Position numbers and translations under genes: made by a program. A stretch of DNA of 64,000 nucleotides from Acidobacteriota bacterium (GTDB lineage: Bacteria; Acidobacteriota; UBA6911; RPQK01; JADFOI01): assembly GCA_965218935.1 (NCBI GenBank), contig CBDCMH010000013.1, positions 12,520-76,519 of the forward strand. The letters are read 5' to 3'. Every line of letters begins with the position of its first letter. Position 1 is the first letter of the stretch. Positions 34,492 to 45,708 of this stretch are shown here, piece after piece. A model generated the notes under the pieces. The model did no database searches. It saw nothing but the letters and a program-made list of their open reading frames with translations, and was not told the origin of the DNA.

Positions 34492-34812
34492 CCCTTCGCT
34501 TTCCTTTGTGAGAGTGTGCCCGGGAAATTAAAGCTACCACGAGGTTCAATGAGCTTCAATGAATTTTAGGAGAAACAGAGCTATGAAAATCCCTCCAGCC
34601 GTTTCCTTCAAGCCCAGAGAGCCTTACGGCCCATTTCGAAACTTTTTTCTTCAGAAAATTCTTTAGGAATTGTGAAGCTTGAGCATATTCCCTTTCCGCA
34701 AGCGGACTTGCAGAAAAGATCCACCGTTGGAGAAGGGAAATCCCGGATTCGAGCGTTGTGCCTTTTGATGTTTTTACCGTTTTGGGTGTTTACGCACCCT
34801 CACGAGGCGACA

Positions 34813-35301
34813 CTAATCGTCGGCACGAAAGTGAGGGGAAAGTTTGTCGTAGGTTGTTTCCAGTTCTTCGGGGATCACCCGGGTCTGCCCGATCACAGAA
34901 ACAAAGTTGGCGTCTCCTTCCCAGCGCGGAACAATATGGAGGTGCAGATGGCCGGCAACGCCAGCCCCCGCGCTTTTCCCCACATTGAAGCCCACATTGA
35001 AGCCATCGGGCTGGTAGGCTTCTTGTAAAACGTGCTCGCACTGACGGGCCACTGCCATCATCTCGCTCAATTCGGCAGGTGATGCGTCACTGAGTGTGGC
35101 GACATGCCTGTGGAGAACGACCAGCAAATGGCCTGTGGTGTAAGGGAAGCGATTCAGAGCGAGAAAAGTATGTTCCTTGCGAAGAAGGACGAAACTTCGT
35201 CGATTTTCACTTGTGGAGGAAAGAAGGCAAAAAATGCAGTTCGCTTCCTGGCGGTCCGAGGAGAGGTAGTGGAAGCGCCAGGGAGTCCATAGGTGATCCA
35301 T
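34813..35301 (-). CDS. HIT-family hydrolase (Ap4A phosphorylase-like)
   Basis: LWTPWR, CIFC and HLHLHIVPRW motifs. Confidence 0.9.
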   Translation of the reverse strand: MDHLWTPWRFHYLSSDRQEANCIFCLLSSTSENRRSFVLLRKEHTFLALNRFPYTTGHLLVVLHRHVATLSDASPAELSEMMAVARQCEHVLQEAYQPDGFNVGFNVGKSAGAGVAGHLHLHIVPRWEGDANFVSVIGQTRVIPEELETTYDKLSPHFRADD

Positions 35302-35583
35302 CTAGGAGTTAATCAGTTCCCTCAGATCCTTCCCAGGCTTAAAGTAGGGAACCTTCTTGGCGGGAACAAAGACCTTCTCGCCGGTTTTCGGGTTGCGGCC
35401 CTCCCGGGAAGATCTTTCCCGAAGCCGAAAACTGCCGAAGCCCCGGAGTTCCACTTTACCGCCGTCTTTGAGTGATCCGACGATGCTATCCAAGACCGCT
35501 TGAACAATTGCCTCTGCGTCTTTCTTGCTCAAATCCGAATTTTTGGCTACCTCGTCAATAAGGTCAGCTTTCGTCATCGTCAT
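35302..35583 (-). CDS. ihfB: integration host factor beta / HU-family protein
   Basis: MTKADLI, VELRGFGSF and GRNPKTGE motifs; lies directly downstream of rpsA. Confidence 0.85.
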   Translation of the reverse strand: MTMTKADLIDEVAKNSDLSKKDAEAIVQAVLDSIVGSLKDGGKVELRGFGSFRLRERSSREGRNPKTGEKVFVPAKKVPYFKPGKDLRELINS

Positions 35584-37372
35584 CTCCTTCTACCTGCTCG
35601 GCCTTCTTTTTCAATTGACCTAACTGCTCACCGGCAATTTCCCCGATGGAAGTTGTTGCGACTTCGGGCTTATAGGCCCAACCCTCTTCTCTTTCAGAAT
35701 CCTCCGTCAACGCCTTCACAGACAAACCGATTCTGCGTTCCAACAAATTGAGCTTAATGATCTTCACATCCAGTTCCTGCCCAACCTGAAAATGGTCCTC
35801 TGGATTGTCGATGTGTTCCTCCGCCAGTTCGGATACGTGGCAAAGCCCTTCAATGCCATCGCTCAACTCGACAAAGACCCCAAAACTGGTCAACCGGACG
35901 ATCTTTCCATGTACCACATCCCCAATCTGGTGCTGAGAGAAAAAGTCCTCCCACTTGTCTGGCTCAAGCTGCTTGATCCCGAGAGACAAGCGCTGATTTT
36001 CCGCGTCCATGTTGAGGACCACAGCACTGACTTCTTCACCCTTTTGCACGACTTCCGCGGGGTGCTGCACTTTCTTGGTCCAACTGAGATCAGAAATATG
36101 GACCAGCCCCTCAATTCCTTCCTCTACCTCGATAAAGGCACCAAAGTCGGTCAGGTTTCGAACCTTCCCCGTGACGATTGAGTTAATCGCGTATTTTTCT
36201 TCAATGGAATCCCAAGGGTTGGGCTCAGTCTGTTTCATCCCCAACGAGATTCGGCGGGCGCCAGCATCAATGTCTAGAACAATCGTCTCCACCTCATCCC
36301 CCACGCTCAAAAGCTTGGATGGATGCTTAATGCGCCTATTCCAAGTCATCTCGGAGATATGGATCAACCCTTCGATTCCCTCCTCAAGCTCCACAAAAGC
36401 CCCGTAGTCGGTCAGGCTCACCACTTTCGCCTTCACTCGGGAACTTCTCACGTAGCGCTCTATGGCGCTGAGCCAGGGGTCCTCACTCAGCTGCTTGGAT
36501 CCGAGAGAAACTTTCTCTTCCAGTCGATCAAACTTCAGGATCTTGACCTCGATCTCATCTCCAACTCTGAATAAATCCGATGGGTGGTTCACTCGCCCCC
36601 AAGACATATCGGTGATATGCAACAGTCCATCGATACCTCCCAAGTCCACGAAAGCTCCGTAGTCGGTAATATTCTTGACGATTCCGGAAACGACTTTTCC
36701 TTCCTCCAAGTCTTTGAGGGTGATCTCTTTCAATTTGAAGTGCTCTTCTTCCAGCACCGCCTTCCGAGAGAGTACGATGTTGCCTCTACGCCGGTTCACT
36801 TTGATGACACGCATGCGCAGCTCCTGGCCGCACCAGCTGTCCAAATTCCTGCTTGGTTGAAGATCGACCTGGGAACCGGGCAGAAACGCCCTCACTCCAA
36901 CATCTACTGCCAATCCACCTTTGACCCGCTCGATGACGCGTCCGGTGATGATCGACTCGTCTTGATAGACCTTCTCAAGCGCATCCCAGACTTTCATCCG
37001 TTCTGCCTTCTGCCGAGACACGACGACATGGCCATGCTTATCTTCTGTACGCTCTAGAAGTACGTCCACCTTGTCTCCCGGTTTGATCTCCAGATTGCCG
37101 GCATCATCACGGAATTCGTCCAAAGAGATTCGTCCTTCCGACTTGAACCCCACGTCTACAACCACGTGAGATTCGGAAACCTTCAACACCGTTCCGGACA
37201 CAACTGCACCCTCGGAGATATTCTTGAAACTGTGGTTGTATGCCTCCAACATCTCTTCGTAGTTAACGTCTTTGGGGCTTTCAATTAAAGGGGATTCGGC
37301 CATAGGGCTTTCCGCATTTTTTACCTCGGGGGTGGCTTGTCCCTCCTCCGCCTTTCCCCCAGCTACAGACAT
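35564..37372 (-). CDS. rpsA: 30S ribosomal protein S1
   Basis: Six S1 repeats (e.g. DYGAFVDLGGIDGLLH). Confidence 0.97.
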   Translation of the reverse strand: MSVAGGKAEEGQATPEVKNAESPMAESPLIESPKDVNYEEMLEAYNHSFKNISEGAVVSGTVLKVSESHVVVDVGFKSEGRISLDEFRDDAGNLEIKPGDKVDVLLERTEDKHGHVVVSRQKAERMKVWDALEKVYQDESIITGRVIERVKGGLAVDVGVRAFLPGSQVDLQPSRNLDSWCGQELRMRVIKVNRRRGNIVLSRKAVLEEEHFKLKEITLKDLEEGKVVSGIVKNITDYGAFVDLGGIDGLLHITDMSWGRVNHPSDLFRVGDEIEVKILKFDRLEEKVSLGSKQLSEDPWLSAIERYVRSSRVKAKVVSLTDYGAFVELEEGIEGLIHISEMTWNRRIKHPSKLLSVGDEVETIVLDIDAGARRISLGMKQTEPNPWDSIEEKYAINSIVTGKVRNLTDFGAFIEVEEGIEGLVHISDLSWTKKVQHPAEVVQKGEEVSAVVLNMDAENQRLSLGIKQLEPDKWEDFFSQHQIGDVVHGKIVRLTSFGVFVELSDGIEGLCHVSELAEEHIDNPEDHFQVGQELDVKIIKLNLLERRIGLSVKALTEDSEREEGWAYKPEVATTSIGEIAGEQLGQLKKKAEQVEGDDDDES

Positions 37373-37866
37373 TCAAGCCTCCTCAAAAAACACTCTCGTC
37401 TGTGAGAGCGCCAGCGGCATGCATGCAGCAACCGACAAGGGATCTCCCTCCATTCAAGTGTGTAGGGTAATTCACCGATTTGGGAGCAAGGGGTAAACGA
37501 GTCCTCCCCGCCGGCCTTACTGAACTCTGGATCAGACAACGTCTATAGCATCCCCTCGCCGAAAGATTTGAGTAGCAATTTATACCGCTTCTCATACTCT
37601 CGCCACCAAAGGCTTGTCAAGCTATAAGGCCCATGAAGCGCCAGTAACAGGCGGGAGATCCATCGATTTGTTGCGGCTATCAAAAACGGTTTGCGGCTGC
37701 AATTTTCGAGATCCCCTTCGAAAGGGGATGGGTCGACTTTAGCGTTCACCTTTTGATAAACTACTACCCTTACGGTGCCACCCATCGGTTGATCCGCTTG
37801 AAACCAGCGAGCTTTCGGATCGCTGTGTAAAGGGTATACCGTGATCATTTACTTGGTTTTCCATGC

Positions 37867-37894
37867 TAGCCGGGATTATGCATAGTCCTGTCTA
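37867..37894. repeat. collapsed family A palindrome
   Basis: TAGCCGGGATTATGCATAGTCCTGTCTA, two TIRs fused at the ATGCAT core. Confidence 0.7.
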
Positions 37895-37913
37895 ACTAGA
37901 GGGAGTCTATGTT

Positions 37914-38138
37914 ATGAAGAGTGATATTCACCTCCAGTATGAGACGGTGGCGGTGAGCTGTGCCTGCGGGAATCAGTGGGAAACGCGCTCCACGAAATCT
38001 GGAGAGATCCGCCTGGAGATTTGCTCCGAATGTCATCCCTTTTTCACCGGCAAGCAGAAACTGGTTGACACCGCAGGAAGGGTCGAGCGGTTTCGCAAAA
38101 AATACGCAAAGGGCAAGACAAGGGGCCTACCGGGCTAA
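37914..38138 (+). CDS. rpmE: 50S ribosomal protein L31 (Zn-binding form)
   Basis: [17 protein letters not shown] and GRVERF motifs. Confidence 0.96.
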   Translation: MKSDIHLQYETVAVSCACGNQWETRSTKSGEIRLEICSECHPFFTGKQKLVDTAGRVERFRKKYAKGKTRGLPG

Positions 38139-38150
38139 TCTCCTCTTCTT

Positions 38151-39224
38151 ATGTTTCAGAAACTTCAAGCACTTGAAGAAAGGTATGAAGAGCTCTCGCA
38201 AATGCTGGGAGATGCGGACCTGATTGCAGTCCAGGAGAAGTATCGTAAGACGGCTCAGGCCCATGCAGAACTCCAGGAGGTCGTGGACAAATTCCGAGAG
38301 TACAAATCGATCTCACAAGAAATCGCTGGAACGAAAGGGCTTCTGGAAGAGGAACAGGATGAGGAACTTCTGGAGATGGCTCGCCAGGAGTTTCAGAAGC
38401 TGGAGGAGCAAAAGGCGAGCTGCGAAGAGGAGCTCAAGCTGCTTCTCCTTCCCAAAGACCCCAACGACACCAGAAACGTCATCCTGGAGATCCGGGCCGG
38501 CACGGGAGGAGATGAAGCCACTCTTTTTGCACAGGGAATCTTTCGGATGTATTCGCGATACGCCGAGCGCAACAATTGGACCGTCGAAGTACTTTCGGCT
38601 CATCACTCCTCGGTAAGTGGATTCAAGGAAATTATCGCCACGATCGAGGGGGAAAATGTCTACAGCCGGCTTAAGTACGAAAGCGGCGTTCATCGCGTGC
38701 AGCGGGTTCCCGAAACCGAAACACAGGGCCGCCTGCATACCTCAGCTGTCACTGTGGCCGTCCTTCCGGAGATCGACGAAGTCGATATTCACGTTGACCC
38801 GAAGGAACTCCGAATCGACACTTACTGCTCCTCAGGTCCTGGTGGTCAATCGGTCAACACGACATACTCCGCCGTGCGCATCACCCACATCCCCACCGGA
38901 GAAGTGGTGACTTGTCAGGATGAAAAGTCTCAGATCAAGAACAAATCCAAAGCGATGAAGGTCCTGCGTTCCAGGCTTTACGAAAAAGCGCTCCAGGAGC
39001 AGCAAAGCGAAATTGCCGAAAAGCGACGGGCTATGGTGGGAAGCGGCGACCGCAGCGAGAAAATTCGAACCTACAATTACCCACAGAGTCGGGTTACGGA
39101 CCATCGACTCGGCCTGAGCCTACATCAGCTCACAGCCATTATGGACGGCAGCTTGGATACGATCGTTGACGCCTTAATCACATCTGAGCGAACAGAGCTT
39201 TTGAGGGATCAAAAAATCGCCTGA
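38151..39224 (+). CDS. prfA: peptide chain release factor 1
   Basis: PET motif (RVPETE), GGQ and IRTYNYPQ. Confidence 0.97.
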   Translation: MFQKLQALEERYEELSQMLGDADLIAVQEKYRKTAQAHAELQEVVDKFREYKSISQEIAGTKGLLEEEQDEELLEMARQEFQKLEEQKASCEEELKLLLLPKDPNDTRNVILEIRAGTGGDEATLFAQGIFRMYSRYAERNNWTVEVLSAHHSSVSGFKEIIATIEGENVYSRLKYESGVHRVQRVPETETQGRLHTSAVTVAVLPEIDEVDIHVDPKELRIDTYCSSGPGGQSVNTTYSAVRITHIPTGEVVTCQDEKSQIKNKSKAMKVLRSRLYEKALQEQQSEIAEKRRAMVGSGDRSEKIRTYNYPQSRVTDHRLGLSLHQLTAIMDGSLDTIVDALITSERTELLRDQKIA

Positions 39225-39246
39225 TTGTGGGACTCTGGAAAAGGTC

Positions 39247-40101
39247 GTGACGGTTAAAGAGGCGATCCAGTCTGCAACCGGTTATCTTGCCCAGCGCCAA
39301 CTCCGATCCCCTCGCCAAGATGCTGAGCTTCTGGTTGCCTCCGTTCTGCAGCGTGATCGAACGTTCCTTTACACCTACCCGGAACGTCGGCTTTCCGCAG
39401 CACAGAAGCATCTGTTTGGGCAGTGGTTAACCAAGCGAGGCGAGCACTATCCACTGCAATACCTTCGTGGCAAGCAGGAATTCTTTGGCCGTGAATTCTC
39501 GGTGTGCCCCGGAGTTTTCATCCCCCGACCCGAAACAGAGCTAGTTTTGGAGGCTGCTTTGGCTCTTCTGCGGGAAAGTCCCGAAGAACAACTATGGGCA
39601 GCGGACGTGGGTACGGGGTCCGGTTGCATTGGCATCACGCTGGCCTGCGAAGAACCTCGGGTTGTGATTGCAGCAACAGATGTCTCTCCCATTGCTTTAA
39701 GTGTGGCTCGCCGCAATGCTGAAAAGCACCGCTGTCTTGACCGAATTGAATTCCGAGAAGGGCAGATACTGAAGCCGGTGAAAGACCGGCTCGGTTGTTA
39801 CCACCTGATCGTCTCCAACCCTCCCTATGTGGGCAGGCAGGAGAGAAATCAAGTCGATGTCTCCGTCGACAAACACGAACCCGGTAAGGCCGTCTATGCC
39901 GGAGAATCAGGACAAGAGATTTACAGGGAATTGTTTTCCCAAGCCAAGCGGGGCTTGCGTCCTCATGGGAAATTAGTGGTTGAATTGGGTCACAATGCCG
40001 GTGCCCGGGTTTGCCGGCTGGCTCAAGAAAAGGGTTGGGTTTTGGAAGACCTAAGAAAGGATCTTGCCGCCATGGACCGCTGTGCGATCTTTAGCGCCTA
40101 A
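39247..40101 (+). CDS. prmC: release factor glutamine methyltransferase
   Basis: IPRPETE, DVGTGSG and SNPPY motifs; follows prfA. Confidence 0.95.
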   Translation: MTVKEAIQSATGYLAQRQLRSPRQDAELLVASVLQRDRTFLYTYPERRLSAAQKHLFGQWLTKRGEHYPLQYLRGKQEFFGREFSVCPGVFIPRPETELVLEAALALLRESPEEQLWAADVGTGSGCIGITLACEEPRVVIAATDVSPIALSVARRNAEKHRCLDRIEFREGQILKPVKDRLGCYHLIVSNPPYVGRQERNQVDVSVDKHEPGKAVYAGESGQEIYRELFSQAKRGLRPHGKLVVELGHNAGARVCRLAQEKGWVLEDLRKDLAAMDRCAIFSA

Positions 40102-40135
40102 TCATTGTTTGATATGGTTACCCCTAGGAGAACCT

Positions 40136-40477
40136 ATGGCGGATTGTATTTTTTGCAAAATAGCTCGAGGCGAACTGCAGTCTGACATCATTCATGAGGA
40201 CGATCAGGCAGTGGCGTTTCGGGACATGAACTCGCAGGCTCCAACCCATATCCTGATCATTCCCAAGAAGCATATTCCTACGCTTGCTGAAGCTTCCGAA
40301 CAAGAGGGGGGTCTGTTGGGTCACCTTCTCATGACGGCCCGCCTGGTGGCCGAGGACCAGAACCTCGCATCGGGCTATCGGGTGGTGATTAACAACGGGG
40401 TGGCTGCGGGGCAGACCGTATTTCACATCCACCTTCATTTGCTGGGTGGGCGAACCTTTAATTGGCCTCCAGGATAG
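40136..40477 (+). CDS. histidine triad nucleotide-binding protein (HinT-like)
   Basis: DCIFCKI and [15 protein letters not shown] motifs. Confidence 0.92.
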   Translation: MADCIFCKIARGELQSDIIHEDDQAVAFRDMNSQAPTHILIIPKKHIPTLAEASEQEGGLLGHLLMTARLVAEDQNLASGYRVVINNGVAAGQTVFHIHLHLLGGRTFNWPPG

Positions 40478-40518
40478 CCCGATGCTCCTACTCATCATCT
40501 TGTACCCAAAGGAGTTCA

Positions 40519-41070
40519 ATGGACAAGTTGATTGAGAAGATCCTGGAAGAACTGGGTGAAGATCCCAGGCGTGAAGGACTCAGGAAGACACCGGCTCGCG
40601 TGGTTGAAACATTGAAGTTCCTGACCAAGGGTTACACCGAGAATGTTGAGGAGATTCTCAAGGGCGCTCTCTTTGATGTCCAATATGACGAGATGGTGAT
40701 CACCAGGAACATTGAGGTCTACAGCCTATGCGAGCACCACCTCCTGCCTTTCTTCGGGAAATGCCATGTGGGTTACCTGCCTTCCAAAAAAGTGATCGGC
40801 TTGAGCAAAGTAACTCGTCTCGTTGAACTGTTTGCACGGCGTCTGCAACTCCAGGAACGCCTCACTCAGCAAATCGCCCACACCATCAATGAGCAGGCAA
40901 ATCCTCAGGGAGTCGGGGTGATCATTGAGGCCCAGCATCTGTGTATGATGATGCGGGGCGTTGAAAAACAGAACGCCAAAGTCACGACTTCGGCCCTGCT
41001 GGGAAAATTCCGGCAGGATCAGCGATCCCGGATGGAGTTCCTGAATTTGGTGAGGATTAACAGCCAATGA
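40519..41070 (+). CDS. folE: GTP cyclohydrolase I
   Basis: [19 protein letters not shown] and HLCMMMRG motifs. Confidence 0.96.
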   Translation: MDKLIEKILEELGEDPRREGLRKTPARVVETLKFLTKGYTENVEEILKGALFDVQYDEMVITRNIEVYSLCEHHLLPFFGKCHVGYLPSKKVIGLSKVTRLVELFARRLQLQERLTQQIAHTINEQANPQGVGVIIEAQHLCMMMRGVEKQNAKVTTSALLGKFRQDQRSRMEFLNLVRINSQ

Positions 41071-42527
41071 GGCGTTCGAGGCGAGCGTTTCATGTGCCCT
41101 CCAATTGCCGCACCCTATTGTTCTGGGTGCTGAGCTTCTCCTGCATCACCGCAGCCGCAGCCGCGCAATCATCCAGTCCAATTCAAGGCGAAAGCATTCA
41201 CGTAGACGTCAACCTGGCGACTTTGAAATTCATGGTGAAGGAGACCGAGGGGGGGCCCGTCAACCATTTGAATCAGGACCACTTCCGAGTCTTCGAGCGT
41301 GGAGCGCTTCAGGAAATCATCTTCTTTGAGCCACCGCGCAACCGAGAAGGGGAGATGGCACTTCTCAGGCTCGCCTTCTTGATTGACATGAGCGGCAGCA
41401 CCCTCGCGACTCGGGCGGAAGAACTCACGGCGGCAGAGATCTTTCTGGACACTCTGCATGACTTCGCGGAAGTCGGCATCTTCGGTTTTACCGACGAACT
41501 GATTCCACTGCAAGACTTTACTTCCACGCGATCCCTGGCTCACAAAGCGTTAACGGAGGCTAGCGAGCGGCTGGGCCGTACAGCCCTCTACAATTCGCTG
41601 AACGCACTCATCTTACGGATGAAGGGCCTTTCTGGAGCAGCCCGGAAAGTGGTGATTCTCATCTCGGACGGCATGGACGACGCCTATCGAACCGCGCCTC
41701 AAAGCATCTCTTTGGCTCAGAGCAACGATGTGGTCATTTACACCGTTCTGGTCCCGTCGGCAGCCCAGCTTTACATTGGCCCCTCGACACCCCTTCCCCA
41801 ACCGGGTGCTCCCACCTCTGCTGGCGACGATCGAGAAGCCAAGGAGCTGGCCTTTGCCAGTTTGTCGCTGAGGACCGACGGAGAGCACTTCAGTGGGTTT
41901 GAAGCGATCCTCAATTTTGGCGAGGTCATGGCTCAAATCAACGACGACGTGTTTGGCAACCTCTATTCGATAGGCTATTACACTGATGATCCTTATCGAA
42001 GGAGGGAGGAGCGCGATATTCGCGTGGAGATCGCATATCCCAACGCCCACATCCCCGCTCGATTTGAAACTCTCCCCGAGCGATCGTCGGTCAAGCAGGA
42101 GGTCATCGCTGCGCTTTTTAACGATGACGCGATGGACCGGATTCCCGGCAACCTCCACCTTGCCTTCCAAGAGATCGGCGCTGACCTGGACCTCTTACCT
42201 CAGCAGCGGCAGGGCGGGCAAATCGGACTCCCTTTTCGCATCAAGATCAGCCCCTTCAGTTTGCAGAGAACAGAAAAGGGGGATATTCAGACCGGATTCG
42301 GCGTTATAGCTCTGTTGTTTGATCAGCAAGGGAATGAAGTGGCCCGGTTGAGAGAGATTTTCCGCGTCAACCTGGAGGCCAAAGAGATCCGCGCTGGCCG
42401 CGGGATCATCTATTCCAATAAACTGTTCGCTCCTCCGGGGATCTATGCCCTCAAGGTGGCCCTCCTGGAGATGGCCACTTGGAACATGGCCGCTTTCGAA
42501 AATGGCGTGAGAATCAGGGAGCGCTAG
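41067..42527 (+). CDS. VWA-domain protein (acidobacterial type)
   Basis: Signal peptide, DMSGS MIDAS, TALYNS and ISDGMD motifs. Confidence 0.8.
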   Translation: MRRSRRAFHVPSNCRTLLFWVLSFSCITAAAAAQSSSPIQGESIHVDVNLATLKFMVKETEGGPVNHLNQDHFRVFERGALQEIIFFEPPRNREGEMALLRLAFLIDMSGSTLATRAEELTAAEIFLDTLHDFAEVGIFGFTDELIPLQDFTSTRSLAHKALTEASERLGRTALYNSLNALILRMKGLSGAARKVVILISDGMDDAYRTAPQSISLAQSNDVVIYTVLVPSAAQLYIGPSTPLPQPGAPTSAGDDREAKELAFASLSLRTDGEHFSGFEAILNFGEVMAQINDDVFGNLYSIGYYTDDPYRRREERDIRVEIAYPNAHIPARFETLPERSSVKQEVIAALFNDDAMDRIPGNLHLAFQEIGADLDLLPQQRQGGQIGLPFRIKISPFSLQRTEKGDIQTGFGVIALLFDQQGNEVARLREIFRVNLEAKEIRAGRGIIYSNKLFAPPGIYALKVALLEMATWNMAAFENGVRIRER

Positions 42528-43209
42528 CTCCTGGCCGGTCGTGTTTTGTCTGTCGTCCTTCCCAATACGCTTGGCTATACTCTCCAATTCGGTCCATCTC
42601 TTCCTGGTGACGAATCACCCAGCTCTCTTGGTCCTCTTCAGAGGAAACCATCAGAGGCTGGCCAATCTTGACCAGAACGAGGGTAAAGGGCTTGGGAATT
42701 TGGAACCTGTCCCAGCTGTTGAGACTCCAGAACCACTTGGGCTGCATATGAAAGGGCAGTATGGGCACCCCCGTTTTACGGGAAAGCCATACGGGCCCTG
42801 GCTTCGCTTTGTGCATTGGACCTCTGGGCCCATCCGAAGTAAAGGCCACGGTAAGCCCCTGTTGCACCTTGCGCCTTGCTTCCAACAAAGCCTTAACCGC
42901 ACCTCTGCTACTTGAGCCGCGGGCCGGAATGAATCCCAGCTTCTTAATCACTCGGGCAATGATTTCCCCGTCAAAATGCCTGCTGGTCACCACAGCGATG
43001 TTCTGGAAACGCCAGAAATGCGCTGCACAAAAGACTTGATTGTGCCAGAAAGAGCCGATAACCGGCTCCTTTCTCTCTTTGAATTGCCTAACCCTTTCCC
43101 AGCCCTCTACCCGGTAGCGCAGAGTCGCTCCAATCAGTCGCACCGCTATCCATCCTGCAAGGCCCATCAGAGCGATCTCTATCTTCTGCAGGGGGGTGAA
43201 GGTTTTCAA
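42514..43209 (-). CDS. lysophospholipid acyltransferase-like protein (DUF374)
   Basis: FWH, SRHFDGE, RGSSSRG and DGPRGP motifs. Confidence 0.85.
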   Translation of the reverse strand: MKTFTPLQKIEIALMGLAGWIAVRLIGATLRYRVEGWERVRQFKERKEPVIGSFWHNQVFCAAHFWRFQNIAVVTSRHFDGEIIARVIKKLGFIPARGSSSRGAVKALLEARRKVQQGLTVAFTSDGPRGPMHKAKPGPVWLSRKTGVPILPFHMQPKWFWSLNSWDRFQIPKPFTLVLVKIGQPLMVSSEEDQESWVIRHQEEMDRIGEYSQAYWEGRQTKHDRPGASAP

Positions 43210-43263
43210 AGCTATAAGGCCACCCTTTCGGGTTTACTGGAATGCCCGTTTTAGAAAAAGCAT

Positions 43264-44052
43264 TCAGGGAGATGATGAAAGGTCCATCCCCTGGGACAAA
43301 GGGGGCTCCTCCTTGTCGCCGGAGAGTTCTTTGTCCAAGCTCAACAGCTCCTGGATGAATCGCTGCCGCCATTCTGCCGCGTAGGGATTTTCACGCTCTA
43401 TATCAAGAAACAGTTGGTCCGTATCATGCTGCACCGTCCTGACCAACTGATCAAAGGCCTCTGGTCCTGGCGTAGAGATGGCCTGTGAAGTCCACTTCAG
43501 CTGTTTCATCACCTGAGCAATCAAATGGAAGACGGCCTGGCTTTTCGCTATCTGTTGGTCGTGCTCCTCGGGGGTCACCTCTATGGTCACCAACTGCAGT
43601 TTCTGTAGATACTGCCGAATGGTGTCATACGCTTCCTGCTCGATTCGCGCGGGACTCAGAGCGATTTTCAGACCCGCCACACCCTCTTTGCCGCTGTCTG
43701 GGCCAAAGAGCGGATGTGTGCCCAGGATTTGGACCGGCTCGGGAAGATGAGCCAGCATCCATTCAATGGGCCGCTTTTTGACACTGCAGGTATCCACGAC
43801 GATCTGCCCTTTTTGAAGATAGATGGCCATCCTTTTACAGATGTTCTCCAGGGCTGAGATGGGCACACACAGAACAATCAAGGGAGCGGAAAGGACTTCT
43901 TCGAAAGTTGTCGCTTCTGGAATGTCCTGGAGCTGCAGCGAGTTGGAATCGTGCACCAGTACTTTTTTATCGCGGCGCAGGTGTTCGTAAGCCATCTTGC
44001 CAAAGCGCCCAAATCCCAACAGTCCAATGGTTTCGATTTTCACGGGCTGCAA
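43264..44052 (-). CDS. prephenate/arogenate dehydrogenase
   Basis: GFGRFG, DTCSVK, THPLFGP and EEHD motifs. Confidence 0.88.
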   Translation of the reverse strand: MQPVKIETIGLLGFGRFGKMAYEHLRRDKKVLVHDSNSLQLQDIPEATTFEEVLSAPLIVLCVPISALENICKRMAIYLQKGQIVVDTCSVKKRPIEWMLAHLPEPVQILGTHPLFGPDSGKEGVAGLKIALSPARIEQEAYDTIRQYLQKLQLVTIEVTPEEHDQQIAKSQAVFHLIAQVMKQLKWTSQAISTPGPEAFDQLVRTVQHDTDQLFLDIERENPYAAEWRQRFIQELLSLDKELSGDKEEPPLSQGMDLSSSP

Positions 44053-44073
44053 TTATATAATAAAGACTCTCCA

Positions 44074-44727
44074 ATGCCCGAGAACGCAATTTTCAGTTAC
44101 CGCACTTCGGAAACAAAGGTAACCCTTTTTGACCCTCATCATGAGCTTTGGGAAGAGTGTGAAGCTGCAGCCATTGATCGGTATTGGGACGGGAGATCAG
44201 CCCTGCGTGAGAAGGGCCATAACTGGATGAACCTGACCTGCGTCCGTTCCTTGTGGAACGAGCAGGCCGTCTTTTTCTACTTTGAATCCTGGTTTGACTC
44301 CCTCAACGTTAATCCTGGATGGAGTAAAGAGACTGCAACGGAAGGTCTTTGGAATAAAGATGTGGTCGAGGTATTTCTAAAACCAGGTGCGGCCGCCAAC
44401 TACTTCGAAATCGAAGTCGGCCCTCTTGGGCAGTGGGCGGATATGAGAATCGTAGAGCCTCGCGTGGAGGTAGACCTTGAGTGGAACTCCGATCTTGAGC
44501 TGGAAACCTTTTTGAACGAGCATGAATCGATCTGGAGGGTATTTCTGGGATTATCCTACGACTCGATTTGGGAAACGCCACCCGAGGTGGGCAAATCCTG
44601 GCGAGTGAATCTTTATCGAATCGCCGGGAAAAAGCCTGATCGGGAATATCTGGCCTGGAGGCCTACCTTCACCGGACAACCTGATTTTCATGTACCCGCT
44701 TCCTTTGGCCATCTGATTTTTGTTTAG
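44074..44727 (+). CDS. carbohydrate-binding family 9-like protein
   Basis: LWNKDVVEVF, YFEIEV, WRVNLYR and WRPT...DFHVP motifs. Confidence 0.75.
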   Translation: MPENAIFSYRTSETKVTLFDPHHELWEECEAAAIDRYWDGRSALREKGHNWMNLTCVRSLWNEQAVFFYFESWFDSLNVNPGWSKETATEGLWNKDVVEVFLKPGAAANYFEIEVGPLGQWADMRIVEPRVEVDLEWNSDLELETFLNEHESIWRVFLGLSYDSIWETPPEVGKSWRVNLYRIAGKKPDREYLAWRPTFTGQPDFHVPASFGHLIFV

Positions 44728-44736
44728 TGTCTCGTC
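44725..44736. repeat. family B TIR remnant
   Basis: TAGTGTCTCGTC forms the stop codon plus the entire spacer before rnhB. Confidence 0.55.
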
Positions 44737-45708
44737 ATGGACCTTGACCCATCCAGACTTTCAGTTGCCGAAATCCGAAAGCATTTCCTCGATCAAGAGA
44801 GCTCTGCGCCGCCTGGCCTTCTGGCTAAATTGCAAAGGGATCCGCGAGAGGGCGTTCGCAAGATTTACCACCATTTAAAGACCCGGAGGAAGGGAGAGAA
44901 AGAGGAGCGGCGCCGCATCGAGTCCATGCTAAACTTGGAGCGTGTTCTGTGGAACTCAGGAGTCCAGCATATTGCCGGCGCCGACGAGGTTGGGGTTGGG
45001 CCTCTGGCCGGACCGGTGGTCGCCGCTGCGGTTGTTTTTCCTCCCGGCACCTTCATCGCGGGAGTGAATGATTCCAAGCGCTTGAGCCCCAAGATTCGTC
45101 AGAAGGTTGTCCAAGCCATTCGCCAGAAGGCCCTGGGAATTGGGGTTGGATTGGCTGAGGTTGCCGAAATCGATGAACTCAATGTTTACCATGCCGGCAT
45201 ACTCGCCATGAAACGGGCCGTGGAAAGCCTTCCCCTATGCCCAGACCACCTGCTTGTGGATGCCAGAGAAATCCCAGGGCTCTCCATACCCCAGAACAAG
45301 TTTAGCAAAGGGGACGGCCTCAGCTTTTCGATCGCCGCTGCATCGATTGTGGCTAAAACTTACCGGGACCAACTGATGGTCGACCTCGGGCAAACCTATC
45401 CCCAATATGGATTTCACCGAAACAAAGGCTACGGTACCAAAGAGCACCAAAAGGCCATCCAGGAGCATGGTCCTTCCGTCATCCATCGCAAATCCTTCAC
45501 CTTCATCCAAGAACTTTGCGGGGAATATTCCGATTTGTTTCACGCGCTGGGGGGAAAAGCGCGGCGACTCTCTTCAGCAAGAGAAAGGGCCGCCTTGGAA
45601 AAGGAATGTGAAGCCGCGGATTCGCAGCTGAGCCGGCGGGAGAGACGCAAACTCAAGCTGCTCCTGGCCAGAAGTTGGAGCCGCATACAACTCTCGGAGC
45701 CCACATGA
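44737..45708 (+). CDS. rnhB: ribonuclease HII
   Basis: ADEVGVGPLAGPV, DSKRL, SIAAASIVAK and NKGYGT motifs. Confidence 0.94.
   Translation: MDLDPSRLSVAEIRKHFLDQESSAPPGLLAKLQRDPREGVRKIYHHLKTRRKGEKEERRRIESMLNLERVLWNSGVQHIAGADEVGVGPLAGPVVAAAVVFPPGTFIAGVNDSKRLSPKIRQKVVQAIRQKALGIGVGLAEVAEIDELNVYHAGILAMKRAVESLPLCPDHLLVDAREIPGLSIPQNKFSKGDGLSFSIAAASIVAKTYRDQLMVDLGQTYPQYGFHRNKGYGTKEHQKAIQEHGPSVIHRKSFTFIQELCGEYSDLFHALGGKARRLSSARERAALEKECEAADSQLSRRERRKLKLLLARSWSRIQLSEPT

Noticed and set aside
37867-38138. rpmE apparently bracketed by family A ends (CCGGGCTAA at its stop), like a composite element
   Set aside because: The right-hand match is only about 8 bp, and the left element is already a self-contained collapsed palindrome.
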